Under the pieces are notes generated by a model. It had not been told where the DNA came from. It did no database searches and saw only the letters and a list, made by a program, of their open reading frames with translations. The translations under genes were made by a program, and so were the position numbers. A stretch of 63,202 nt of DNA, filler included, from Phoronis australis (lineage: Eukaryota > Animalia > Phoronida): assembly GCA_002633005.1 (NCBI GenBank). It is 9 parts of 9 records of this genome, joined end to end, with 100 filler letters (N's around TTAATTAATTAA, not from the genome) between each part and the next. Parts side by side here need not be neighbours in the genome. Positions count along the whole stretch, not along the records: positions 4,239 to 21,448 come from NMRA01000224.1; positions 21,549 to 24,720 come from NMRA01003171.1; positions 24,821 to 34,562 come from NMRA01000827.1; 6 more parts are not named here. One strand, written 5' to 3'. This document shows, in pieces, positions 13,443 to 25,557 of the stretch. The stretch's first letter is position 1. Each line of letters opens with the position of its first letter.

Positions 13443-14623
13443 TTAATGTTACTGCAATCATCTTTTTGCAAACGGTTGATCGAATTACATAGGCAACAAT
13501 TCTTATTGCATGTTGTCGTCTGCTACCATGCCTGTATTAACGGATATGCATAAACATTTCATTCAAATCACCTGTAATTTTTCCACAAACCACTTCATCA
13601 AACCACCATTACTAATACGAGATCAACTTCTTATTTGTCGAGTTGAATTAAACGTGCGAAGTTTGATATCCTCGGCAAGTATCTGAATATCTCAACTGTT
13701 CCATTAAACTGCAATACAGCCACCTGCTCTGGAGCTGATGCGCAGACACCTGTGGTCGGTTCCATGAAACAGTCCCAAATAGGGACTCCACTAAGGTTCC
13801 TATGTCTTTTTGCGTATTTTTGTCTTTATGGGCTCACAGGTGCAATATTTTCTATCAAATTCATCTTTAATTTGAGCTCCTCTTTGTTTAATGACTTTTT
13901 CTAATAATATAGATAAAAACTGAATCCAGAGTTCATTGAAAATAAATAGGGACTTAGTCCTCAAATTGGGGGCGTTGCATGAACAGATCCCTAATTATTT
14001 TCGATAATATTGTCAATTTAACGTAGAGTTCACTTTCGATTTTTATCAAAGTCAAAAGATAACTTAATAATGAAACTAAAACAATACAAGAATACAAGAA
14101 TCTGGGTAAACCTCCACCACACTACCCTCGGCGTCATACTTGACAACACTGTGAGTATCGCTGTCGGTGATGAAGACATCTCCATCTACACTCGTTGTAA
14201 CATCGACAGAGTACTGCAGTTTGTGTTGGGTTTCATTTAACTCGCAGTGTTTTTGTCAAACACCTTGACATTCTTCAGTGTTTTCCGAGCATGTGACAAT
14301 CAATCCACCATCACCCACTGCAGGTCCCCAGCACCCCAATCCTATTTTCCCCTTACGGTGGCTCTTGAATCCCCGCTCGAATCGAAAGTTTCAGCGAAAT
14401 CCACCGAGCCGTTTTCGAGAAGTCATGTGCCTAAGTTCAAATTAAGTCATTTTCCGAAGCCGAGAAAAAGCCGATTAAGCTGTCCGGGGAGACGTGAAAA
14501 TCTCACGTTATTACTTGGGTTAATTATTCGGTGAAAACTTGTTTCCGGTCAATATAACCTATATATACCATAACCATGTTCGCTATTTCAACATTCGATC
14601 GCGATGTCAACTGAATTTGCCGT
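12240..14623. repeat. About 1.17-kb near-identical direct duplication (12240-13407 and 13447-14623)
   Basis: Colinear copies differing by scattered substitutions and small indels; the first copy is bounded by single Ns. Confidence 0.9.
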
Positions 14624-14779
14624 CCGTAGGTAACTTAATTATCACAAAAACGTTTAATTAGCCAAGTCGATTTCCAAAGCATCGAGTCCAAGTAGTCATG
14701 GGCGTCGCCAACATATTAAGTGAATAAAGCTGGTGCATTGTGTTCCGCAGTTCTCATTGTTATACTCACCACGCGTCAG

Positions 14780-15217
14780 TGCCCGGTTGCATGAAACAGT
14801 CCCAAATAGGGACTCAACTAAGTTCCCTAAATCCACTGCGTATTTTTGGACTTGTGAAAACACCGATTACCCTTTCTTGTATTGTTTCAGTTTCATTACT
14901 AAATCAACTTTTGACTTTGATACAAGTCGAGAGTGAATTCTACATTGAATTTTCAATATTATCGAAAATATTTAGGGATCTTTTCATGCAAGACATCCAA
15001 TTTAAGGACCGAGTCCCTATTTATTTTCAATGAGCTCTGGGCTCAGTTTGTAGTTCAATTATTAGAAAATGGCATTAATAATGCAAAGAGGAGCTCATTA
15101 TAAGGATGAAATAATAGGAAAATATTGCATATGTGAGTCCTTAGAGACACAAAAACGCAAAAAGACTTAGGGACCTTCGTTGAGTCCCTATTTGGGACTG
15201 TTTCATGCAACGGGCAA
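14780..15217. mobile_element. PIF/Harbinger-like MITE
   Basis: About 38-bp TIR TGCCCGGTTGCATGAAACAGTCCCAAATAGGGACTCAAC; 3-bp TSD CAG; truncated copies at about 12542-12880 and 13752-14090, each preceded by CTG. Confidence 0.75.
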
Positions 15218-16507
15218 CAGGAGACTGCAATGAAACCCAAGTACGAAACTGGAAGCAGAAATGTAGTCGGTGGTTGAAGCACGTGGTGAGCATGAGATCA
15301 AAGCAGCGAAGTGTCAAATCACCTATCATATTAAGTGTTGTGTATCTTACTTTGTCAAATAAAGTAGACACTCCATTAACTATGCAGTGAAACGAACAGA
15401 ATTGAACTGAACACTGAACTGATTTATTCTACATATCATAACAATATATATATACACACAACTACATAACAACATATGATGCGTTACCTATGACACACTT
15501 CCTATACTAGGAATCGCATGACATAATACCAATTAAACTACTGAACTCATAAACAATAACAACCTACAAACATCCTGTTATTGTGTGACTAAGTACACAA
15601 CATTAAGGAATTCGGGTGAGCATTTATCTTTTTTCACAACTTGCTTTGTTCGTGAATACAAAGTCACAGAGGCGTAAGTTAGGCGACTCGTAGCATTCGT
15701 TCTCAACAGCCGCAAGCATGCAGACCCACAACTCCCTCAGGATCAAAATAATGTTTTGTTTTCGTTTTCCCCGGCATCTTTCCATCATACGTACACGTAG
15801 TTGACTCAATATTATGGCAACTCGGTGAATGAAAGGACTGATGGTACAGTACGGAGCTGCTCTGTGCCTGGCGGGAGATTCGATTTGAGTGACGGCCCCG
15901 TAACCTTTGCCATCGGATAAGTAGTAAACAAATTTCCACGCGGTTGTGCGGTTCCAATGTGGCTCTGCTAAATCTTTTTTCTCGTTTCACGGTATATCTT
16001 TCGTATTTGAAGTATCCCGAGAACGAAGATAACGTATTTTTCTAGACATGTGTGAAATATTGTAAAAATAGCCAATATTTGTGAATAAGGTTTGAGATAT
16101 CCTTAACAGATTTAATAATATCCATTTTAAAGATGATCCACTTGAAGGCGCATCATGCCCAACTATAAAGGGTCGCTTTCGACTTGTGGCGTCGTCCCAA
16201 TCTTTATGCATTCTTCGGCTACTGGAAGGTTACGGTTTTGGTGAAAACCGGATCCCGACAACCGAGGTAAAATCGCAAGTGCAGAGCCGGTCCAGAGGTC
16301 GTTCCGTGTATCTAATTTCTTCTGAAAAAAGCAAGATCTCGCAACACTTCGCAAATCCCGCGAATATTTTTGCGAGTATCAGTTTGTGACACAGGCACCT
16401 TCATCAGCCCTCAACGAGATACTAATAAAGAGAAAAGTATACAACTGCTGTCCAATATGGCCGCCCGCCGCGCACTTCCGCCGAGTAGCTCCGAGCATGT
16501 CAAATCT

Positions 16508-17279
16508 TAGCCAGCCAGCTAGCTGTATGAAGATTATCGTCAAAATACAGCTAGGTACCACTATCTGTTAATCTTCCATAGACTCCGAAATTGCACACAG
16601 CCAGAGTAGTTCTGTTCGTCACCTCGCCGTGAAACTTGAATCAACATGTAGAGCTAAAGACTGGACGGGGTGCATGCAAAATCTGGGAGTCAAACGACAC
16701 TCACCTTGCCCGTTATAGCCGTTAAAGTGGAAAACAATCTAATGAACGTCATTTTATTGCGGAATTAACTGCCTTTTCTAACAAAGAAAAGTTATGTCGT
16801 CGTTTCGAAAACAATACGCTCGTGACACTCGCAAGCACCATTTCCTAAATTTTTGCGACATCTCTCGGGAGATGAGGATAGCTTGGCAGCAGCAAGATTT
16901 CTTCTGAAATTCGATTTTCTGGTATCAAAATTCTAAAAACTTGTAATGAAGTGAAACCAGTTCCGATAATTTGTTGTGACGTGTACGCAACCTCGTGAAA
17001 AAACAACAGTTAATTGAAGAATCGGCGAAAAAAGAAACTGGCCAAAAGTTGACGCAATACTTCATGGCGCCGAAAGCCGACGCATAAGAACGCTCCACAA
17101 GTTTAGCTGCAGAATAATGGTAGAACGCCAATTTTTCCAACACCAGTAAATGATTCAGTGTACTTAAGGAAGGGTGTAGTTTTTAATGACACTAATTTTG
17201 CGTTAGATTTGATCTGGTCAGTTTTTACCCACATCGGCGCAAAGCTGTATATTTAGTATACAGCTTTGTATCAAGGCTA
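16508..17279 (+). mobile_element. AcademH-like non-autonomous element, copy 1
   Basis: TAGCC...GGCTA termini; inverted homologue of 18591-19334 over its whole length; no TSD seen. Confidence 0.6.
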
Positions 17280-17720
17280 AGGAAGAGCTGATGGACCAGT
17301 TCACATTACGTTATTGTTTACACTCAAATCCAATACAATAACCAAATACAATAAATATTTCACACACAAACACAATGATTTGCACAAACGAAAGCAAGGC
17401 CCTCTTGAAAAGTTGACTTATTTTTCTTGTACCCAATCAGCGTGCCCATGGAATCATGTTGCTGTTTTTAGTTGATGTAGTCAGCGGCCTTATGAGCATG
17501 TTAATGCCATTTGGAACGGATCTACGCTTTTCCGTGAATGTTGTCGATTGATCTAGGAAAATCTGGAGGTATTTATGGAATTTATCGGTTTCGATGTCAA
17601 CTAATGTAACTAGTGAACGTGCTGCAGTAGCAGAAAAAATGTGACTTAAATTACTCCCAGATTTGACATGCTTTGACCTATCGCAAGTTCCGCACTCTTG
17701 CGTAATGTCGACTAACAAAC

Positions 17721-17972
17721 AATAAGTTTTACCCGGCAACGTGAACGTTGTTTGTCGGGTAAAATGGCGGCTTGGAAACGAAGGTGTGTCAATAATGATG
17801 CGTTCTAAATGGTCATTTAAGCCGTCACTCAAAGGTCAATTGACCAATCACTAGGATTATGGTTGACGGCTTATCTGACCAATTAGAACGCAGCATTCTT
17901 GTCACGCCTTCTGCTGCGCTTCCAAGCCGCCATTTTATCCAACAAACAACATGTTGTCGTATAAAAGTTATT
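17721..17972. repeat. Imperfect palindrome of about 250 bp
   Basis: 17747-17815 pairs with 17876-17950; inner TAAGCCGTCA pairs with TGACGGCTTA. Confidence 0.75.
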
Positions 17973-18590
17973 ATAGGCTATAGCTCAAGAAATTGTTCGA
18001 TACCTGTAAGAATAGTGAAACGGTGTTGATATGGCGTGTGTAATTCCGACAGCCGTTATGCAGCCCGAGAAGAAAATTTAGTCATTTTTGGACATCTCCT
18101 AAGCAGAAAGTGATGTCGAATGGTGTAAACTATGGATGTAACTCAGAACAGTGTGAACGGCCACATGAGCAGTTGAACTTGGTAATGTTTCTTGATTACT
18201 CGAAGGTAAAACACGATCGAAGATACGCACTTTTCAGTTTGATGGCTGTAATGTAGGCCTATCTTTTCTCGTTACCTGCTGGATATAGCGGTCTAGCTGT
18301 TGTCTCCGGAAATTGTTGTTTTTAAGGACATTTATATTATTTTTCATTTATTTCGACCTAATGGACATCGTTTTCTTTCGTAGCAGAGGTACATTTTTGT
18401 TATTCATAAACCCGTAAGCTGGCGTTCAACTGAACTTCTCTCTAAAATTGATTCCATCGGCACAGGGAGGAGTTCTGCACTGAGCTCAAAGCCTCGTTCG
18501 AGCTGTTGTCACGAGAACCTGTAGTATACACTTCGCCTGTAGAGTTAGAGAGATCTAATTTTGAAATTGTTCATCAAACATGATATTTAG

Positions 18591-19334
18591 TAGCCTTGGT
18601 ACAAAGCTGTATACTAAATATACAGCTTTGCACCGATGTGGGTAAAAAAGTGGTAAGATGAAATCTGACACAAAATTAGTGTCATTAAAAACTACAGTGT
18701 TCCTTGAGTAAACAAGATTATTCAACGGTGTTGGAAAAATGGCGTTCTATCGTTATTCTGCTGCTAAAGTTGTGGAGCGATCTTTAGCGACGGCTTTCGG
18801 CGCAAAGAAATATTGCGTCACCTATTGGCCAGTTTCTTTTTTCGCCGATTCTTCAATCAACTGTTGTTCTTTCACGAGGTTGTGTACACGTCACAATAAA
18901 TTATCGGAACTGGTTTCATTTCATTATAAGTTTTTAGAATTTTGATACCGAAAAACCGAATTTCAGAAGAAGTTTTGCTGCTCTCAAGCTATCATCATCT
19001 CCCAAGAGATGTCGCAAAAATTTGACATGAGCGTACTGTTTTCAAAACGACGACATCTTTTCATTGTTAGAAAAGGCGGAGAGTCAGTAACGCAAGAAAA
19101 TGACATTTATTGCATTGTTTTCCCTTAAACGGCTGTAACGGGCAAGGCGAGTGTCGGATGATCCCCAGATTTTGCATGCACCCCGCCCGATCTTTATCTT
19201 TACATGTTGATAAAAGTTTCACGGCGAGGTGACGAGCAGAACTACCCCGGCTGAGTGCAATTTCGGAAGAAATACATACAGTGGTACCTAGCTGCATTTT
19301 GACGACAGTCTTCATACAGCTAGCTGGCTGGCTA
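18591..19334 (-). mobile_element. AcademH-like non-autonomous element, copy 2
   Basis: TAGCC...GGCTA termini flanked by an exact 9-bp TSD GATATTTAG (18582-18590, 19335-19343). Confidence 0.7.
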
Positions 19335-20276
19335 GATATTTAGATTGATGAAGATTTAAAAAAGAATTTGAGTTATTTCTGTGAAATAGCCATTTCTTGC
19401 CACTACACCAGCTTGTCATATTTTTATGTTTAAAATTAATTCAAAGCTACCTTTACGCGATGAAACTACAAAAAATGCAAAGTTCATCAGAAAGTAGTCC
19501 TAACTTGAAGTTTTAATGGTGCAATTACGGCGAATTCCATGCACTAATTCGACTTCAGGGACAGAGCTAGCCATAGACCTACCGGAGCTAACTGCTTGCC
19601 TGGGTCAGAATGAGTGTGTACCTGAGCTATGAGCCTAAGTTTTTTATTCAAAATATTTCGTTTGAATATTAGAAAAGCATAAACATTGCTATCGACTCGA
19701 CCTACTTTACTCGGGGAGTCCCACCAGTTGTGGACTACTTTTCATTTGGCGGAATTTAGCAGACGGCAGAATAAAAATATCGGTGAATTTATTTTTAGTT
19801 CACTGATTTTGTTCGAAAGATCCTGAAATCTATGGCATCGTAATGACAATTCGACTTTAAGGTACATATATTCCAGCTTTAAATGAATATATCGTATCAG
19901 TGGCCTTGCCATTTTGTACGGGGTTCTTCGAATTTTCACTGGCTCCGAAATACTTTTCCTCGAACACTTGTTGTATGTACCTTTCTCTTTATTATAGTAT
20001 ATTCGTTGAGGGCTGATAAAGGTGACTGTGGTGTGGGAGCTGTGACGAGCCTGTCCTAGTGTAACAGGGATGATCTCATCTCTGTCCCTGTATTAGCATG
20101 ACACCTGGTGGTCATCGTCGGTACTAGTACATTCGTATAATTTGATCATATCTTATTTGGTCGGGAACCATCAAGTCCAAGAACTTTAACTTGGTGACTT
20201 GTCATTTTGGCCCGGTTTGTCATGTGACACCCTCTATAAATAGCGGGCCATCTCGTGGTTTCGGGAGTTCGGTCAC

Positions 20277-20438
20277 TGTAGTATAGCCGATGTTTCGGAT
20301 AAAATCTGATTTATTTCTGAGAACAGACTAAAACAATACAACGCTAAATGGCTGCTCACTGAAGACTCGCCAAAGTGAGGCTGTCAACTCCAATACTAAA
20401 ACTACTCAATAGATGTCACTACAAGTCAGTACATCACA
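20277..20438 (-). repeat. 3' LTR of a Gypsy element
   Basis: Minus-strand polypurine tract GGGATGGGGAGGGG (20439-20452) abuts TGTGATG...AATAAA...ACTACA; the distal boundary could alternatively be 20041. Confidence 0.6.
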
Positions 20439-20577
20439 CCCCTCCCCATCCCGTTAAAGTATGCCACGTTAGTAACGTCCATTTTAAGTGTAGTAATTAA
20501 TGTCTCTTCAACAAAAGTCTGACTAGTATCTGATTAAAATGTCAACGAACTGGTTAACTACTCCAACTCCTTAGTGT

Positions 20578-21448
20578 CTACAAGTTCAGTTTATCAACAG
20601 GCTTCCGTACCGTGACTAGTCGCACGGAACGCCGGAGAGGGGGGGCCTCAGGGCTAGCACTTTCCACAGCGCCGTTTGTTTCAGCAACCACAGCCCCCGC
20701 TGACCGGGTCACCTCTGCAACCGGGCCTATTTCGGAAGACGCTACTGAGCCTGGGGTCTGCTGCGGTTCAACACCAACATCCACGCGCGCCGACACCTAT
20801 GCTCCGAGGGCACACCTTTAAACATCTGGTCGTGATGGCGTCTGAACACTCGGCCATCCTGACAGCGAATCCTACATGACACCGGGCCAGTAATATCTTC
20901 CACGGTGCCTAACAGATTGGGCGGCCCATACTCAGAGTAATTTCTAAAGTAAACACTATGTCCCAGTTGGTATTCCTGCAGCTCCACTGTACTGCCTCAT
21001 CTGCCTACGCTGGATGTCTTCGACCTTCTTGTTGACGTCAGGCAACAACCTATCAAAACGGGACACCGGCCTGCGGTTCATCAATAGCTCACAAGGAGCA
21101 ACTCCGGTCGATGAGTGTGGTGTGATACGGTAGTCAAACAAAAAACGCAACAACTTGTCCTCAAGGGACCCGGCACATTTCTTCATCGCTTCCTTAAAAA
21201 CGCGAACAGCACGCCAATCCATTTGTGGCGGGATGGTACGGAGCACCCGTGACGTGTCGTACTCCATTAGACATGAGAAACTTTTTAAACTCCTCACTCG
21301 TAAAGCAGGTCCCGTTGTCCGAGACAATCAAGTCTGGCAAACCGTGCGTACTGAACAATGCTCTCAACTTCGAAATTGTTACCGCGAAGGACGAGCTTGA
21401 CGTAGGAAAAACGTCCATCCATTTCGAAAACGCATCAACGACGACCAA
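20578..21448 (-). pseudogene. Gypsy/Ty3 pol integrase C-terminal region, frameshifted
   Basis: VDAFSKW...HGLPDLIVSDNGTCFTSEEF...APYHPATNGLA/RAVR...YRITPHSSTGVAPCELL...GPVS..RRHHDQ...LRRSVR, spread over several frames. Confidence 0.92.
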
Positions 21449-23073
21449 NNNNNNNNNNNNNNNNNNNNNNNNNNNNNNNNNNNNNNNNNNNNTTAATTAA
21501 TTAANNNNNNNNNNNNNNNNNNNNNNNNNNNNNNNNNNNNNNNNNNNNGCTTGCTTATCTTAGATCAAATGCCCCAGTGACACATTATCCCTATGGCAAC
21601 GTGGTTCATGTCCCAACACTCACCCAATTCTCACTAAAAGTTGGTCTGTTTTAGCTCAGCACAGACTGTGGTGACTTCTCTGGCCTGATCCTTGCTTACG
21701 AGCGGTTGCTTGACATCAAAGGCAGGTTTACTGATGGAGAGGTGAGGCAAGATCATCTTGAAGTGACTGTGTCTCATAATTGTATATCTTAAAAGTGGTC
21801 CAGCATTTGCTGTTCTGAAAGTGATTGAATTATTTACAGGACTATGTTGAGGAGGTAATGTTTTCATTTCCTAAGTCCAAGGTCATGGGTTTGGGTCCCA
21901 TTGGATCACACTGCTAGGTTCTTGAGTCAGGTCTTTGGCTCCTTAGCCTAAGTTTTAATTATGTATTCATGAAGCGGGAAAATGGTTGCAGGTGATCATT
22001 GCAGTGGACTCACATGAGCGACCTGGGCACGTCTAGTACAATATGGACTGCCTGTAATTACGTAAATAAGGATTTCATATCCACAATGGCCACGAGAGAC
22101 TTTTACTGTTGTGGGTGTTACTTAATAACGGTAATCTGTTCTCGTTATTGGATTCTTTGATATGTGGTTAGACTATTGGACAATGGACACTGTTGGAGCA
22201 AAACAAACAGGTTCGGGAGGCTTTACTCTTTATTGACATATGTTGCAGTAGTAGGAGGCGTGATAGTAGTAGTAGTAGGTAAACTGAAAGAACCAAAAAA
22301 ACATGTTCAAGCTTACATGTTGCATAGGGCTCTACCATGTATATACAGTAACATTTAGGAGGACAACGCCCAAGTAAAATGATAACTGGCAAAGGGTATA
22401 CATTAATGACAAGCGTTCAAAACATTAAGTACACCTGAGAGAACATGAAAAACTAACATACTAATGAATGCAAATAAACTGTATTGTAAGAAACATGAGT
22501 ACTTACGCCAATATCGCCCCAAGTCCAACCAAATTCCGAAGAAACTAATTATGTACATTGACGTTTATCCACCATAAAACGTTTGTGGAATGGCGTTCAA
22601 ATAGAGCGGTACCAGAATAAATAGTCAGAGAGANACCAGAATAAATAGTCAGAGAGAGCGACATCTGGCGCAAGAACTACACTGTAGAAAGTCTTCTTAC
22701 ATGGCGGGAAGCAAGTGTATTCGTACGCCTAATCGGAATAACACAACGTAACATAACATAACATTGCAGTCTGCAGTAACAGACACACCATCATAGACTA
22801 TTTTATAAACTTGTATTATACCTTGAGTAAAATAGTTCAAAGACCAAAAATGATATCTTGCTAAATTTTATTTCTTCACTTCTATTTTTTAATTATGTGA
22901 GCAAGTCAAGTCACACTCACTATGACTGCGGAAGAATGTCATATAATACTACCAAAATTGAGAAAGCTTGAATTTCTCGTATTAAAACAAAAATAATAGG
23001 TAGATTTTTCTCATTTAAAGATCGGCTGTTGTTGAAATTTGACGTTGATTGCAAATTTGTGTTATTTTTTGAC

Positions 23074-23153
23074 ATCACCTGTCACTCAGGTAGAGTGTTA
23101 TCACCTGTCACTCAGGTAGAGTGTTATCACCTGTCACTCAGGTAGAGTGTTAT
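23074..23153. repeat. Perfect tandem repeat, 26 bp x 3
   Basis: ATCACCTGTCACTCAGGTAGAGTGTT three times with no spacers. Confidence 0.95.
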
Positions 23154-23739
23154 TGACTGTAGTTAACTGAGCAGTTAATCATTCAATTCTGTTTGGCCAG
23201 TTAACTGGCAAAGGACACGTACAAACATTTCACTATTGATCCTGATCACCCGATTATCAATGTAAATTCTCACTTTCACTGATAGGTATCGCTTCAGTGC
23301 AGCACATTTGCCATGAACTAACACCAGTATATATAGACGGTGTGATTAGCCTTCGTTGTTAAGTTACTTGCAAGTCATTTCAGCTGTGTCCAATCATGAG
23401 ACAGAAGCGATCAGAGCTATCTAGTCTTCTGTCTACCACAGTCACAATTGTACTTCACATTCTGGATGGAAGTATTCTATCTATTACAATGACCATTTTA
23501 CTTCATGTCTGGATGAAGGTCTAGTCTTCTATGTACAACAGGGACCATTTTACCTCACATGTCAGGTTCCACGTTTACTTTTTAAGAAAATGGACAACTC
23601 AAAGCCATTTGTAGCTGGCATTATGATTGTTATGAAATGTGTTCCTTCGTGGAAGTTTTCAAGGATGTTCTGTGAACGCATAGTAATAGATTGACTTCTT
23701 TGGCTGACACACGTAAAAATTTCACGTCTTTGTTTTCAG

Positions 23740-23853
23740 GTGTTGCGTATTTTAGTCCGAGCTGTCAACGAGGATATTCCTGACTGGAAGGGGGTCCCTG
23801 GTTCTTCACTGAGGTGGAGGGTGAATAAATTCTTTGGGAAGATCACCTCTAAG
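23740..23853 (+). CDS. Putative internal exon, product unknown
   Basis: tctttgttttcAG acceptor, AAG|GTGCGT donor, 114 nt, only phase 0 is open: VLRILVRAVNEDIPDWKGVPGSSLRWRVNKFFGKITSK. Confidence 0.55.
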
Positions 23854-24011
23854 GTGCGTAGGGAGATAAATCATATCTCTCTTTGGTGCAAAGCTGTATA
23901 GATTCAAACATGTATTTTAAAAGGGGTATATCTTGAATCTTGTGGGAACCATTTGTTAATAAAATGGGATATAAATTTCTGATGGCAAGTCTCAGGGCCC
24001 CCTGAGGACTC

Positions 24012-24720
24012 TTTTCTTATGCGCCCATATGTTTATATGTGGGTGCATATTACCGTCATCTCTGTCTGGACATCCGACGTCTGCGGCTGTATCTCCTAAA
24101 CCCTTTGCAAGATCTTATTGAAATTTGGCAGGTGTGTTCCTATGTGCTGACGACAGAAGGCGGCGAGTTTCGAACTGACCTGAATACCACTGTGCCTCTT
24201 AGTGGCAGTTTTAGTTTTTTACATTTGCCTCTGTATCTTCAAAGGTCGTCAAGTGATTTTCATGAAACTTGGCACATAGGCATTTATTAATGAGATGACG
24301 CGATCCTCCTGTTTTCGTATGGAATCAAGGAATTTTGCGCCACCATTTTTATGCACCCACATATTTATATGTGGACGCATTATGCGGTCATCTCTGTCCG
24401 TCCGTCCTGGCGGCGTCCGCTGCTCTATCTCCAAAACCTTTTGACATACGTTCATGAAATTTGGCACATATGTTCCATTCATGAATGGGACGGCATGTGC
24501 GAACTTTCAGACGGATCCGACTACCGGTGTGCCCCCTAGTGGCAATTTTAGTTTTTTACGCTTACCTTTGTATGTTCAAAAGTCGTGAACGGATTTTCAT
24601 GAAATTTGGTATGTAGGCACGTATTAGTGAGATGACGCTATCATGCCGTTTTCTGATGGATTCGACATAGTTTGCGCCACCTAGTGGCCATTTTTAGTGT
24701 TTTCGAGTCTGTTTTTGTGC
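24012..24720 (+). mobile_element. Two adjacent Helentron-associated (HINE-like) element copies (24012-24345 and 24346-24720)
   Basis: Each starts T-run + ATGCRCCCAYAT..TATATGTGG palindrome + CTGTCCGTC, then internal repeats with ATTTTCATGAAA(C/T)TTGG; homologous to 4063-4138. Confidence 0.65.
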
Positions 24721-25557
24721 NNNNNNNNNNNNNNNNNNNNNNNNNNNNNNNNNNNNNNNNNNNNTTAATTAATTAANNNNNNNNNNNNNNNNNNNNNNNN
24801 NNNNNNNNNNNNNNNNNNNNACTGAATTCATGTTAACATATATGTTGTTCGATGGACTGAACTTCATAGTTATTCCGAAGCATTTCATCAAGTGAATACT
24901 GCTTGGAAGACTGGATCGAATGATCAAGAGAAGAGGAAACTCCTCATAACAAGTATAACACTGGATCCAAGGCCGACGCCAGGAATGGGAAACGTGATCA
25001 CAGACTGATTAAATTAGGCTTCTTTATTAATTTTTATGATTATTCATTTAGGGAAATTCAAACATTTAGTCAATATACTCATTATTACATCCAAATCAAA
25101 TTGTGTTATTTCAACCGCCTACCGGCAAGATATACACCACGTGACAATGACAGCAACGTAAACAAAAGTCAGAGACAGTAGAAAGATGCACTCAGAAATG
25201 GAGCAATCACAATGTTCTGGGATTGATATTTCTTGTGCATGAAGTTTAAGCACCGATTTGTCTGTACAACAAACCACATTCACTTTTCCTCCATCAATCA
25301 TGTCAGTTTGTTTGCGTAAAGCGCTGCCTGTTGAGAATTCGGTCAGCCAATCAGAAACGCCGGTGTAAAAAAATTCCCGAGGAAAATTAAGTGATACCTG
25401 GGTGTTGGCTATCACCTAGCAGGGAACCAGCGAGGAACTAAAGCATAATAATGGGGCTATTCGGAAAATTTACATTAACTAGAGGGCGCGCGTGTACTAG
25501 TGGTGATAGATTAACAGCCTCGATATCGCGAGCCCTTTAAGTACATGGTGAGATGGC

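Larger units (their letters stand above)
16390..20030. mobile_element. Non-autonomous DNA transposon with CACAG termini (Chapaev/Transib-like)
   Basis: CACAGGCACCTTCATCAGCCCTCAACGA...AATAAAGAGAAA at 16390 is inverted at about 19975-20030; flanks GTGA/GTGT (imperfect 4-bp TSD). Confidence 0.55.

Noticed and set aside
15703-15990. VVGLHACG resembling a methyltransferase motif
   Set aside because: A stop follows almost immediately, and there is no other methyltransferase motif or clear splice support
22611-22658. Short duplication around a single N (similar case at 1430)
   Set aside because: Typical unmerged contig overlap
23074-23153. CRISPR-like array
   Set aside because: Direct tandem units with no spacers, eukaryotic context, no cas genes
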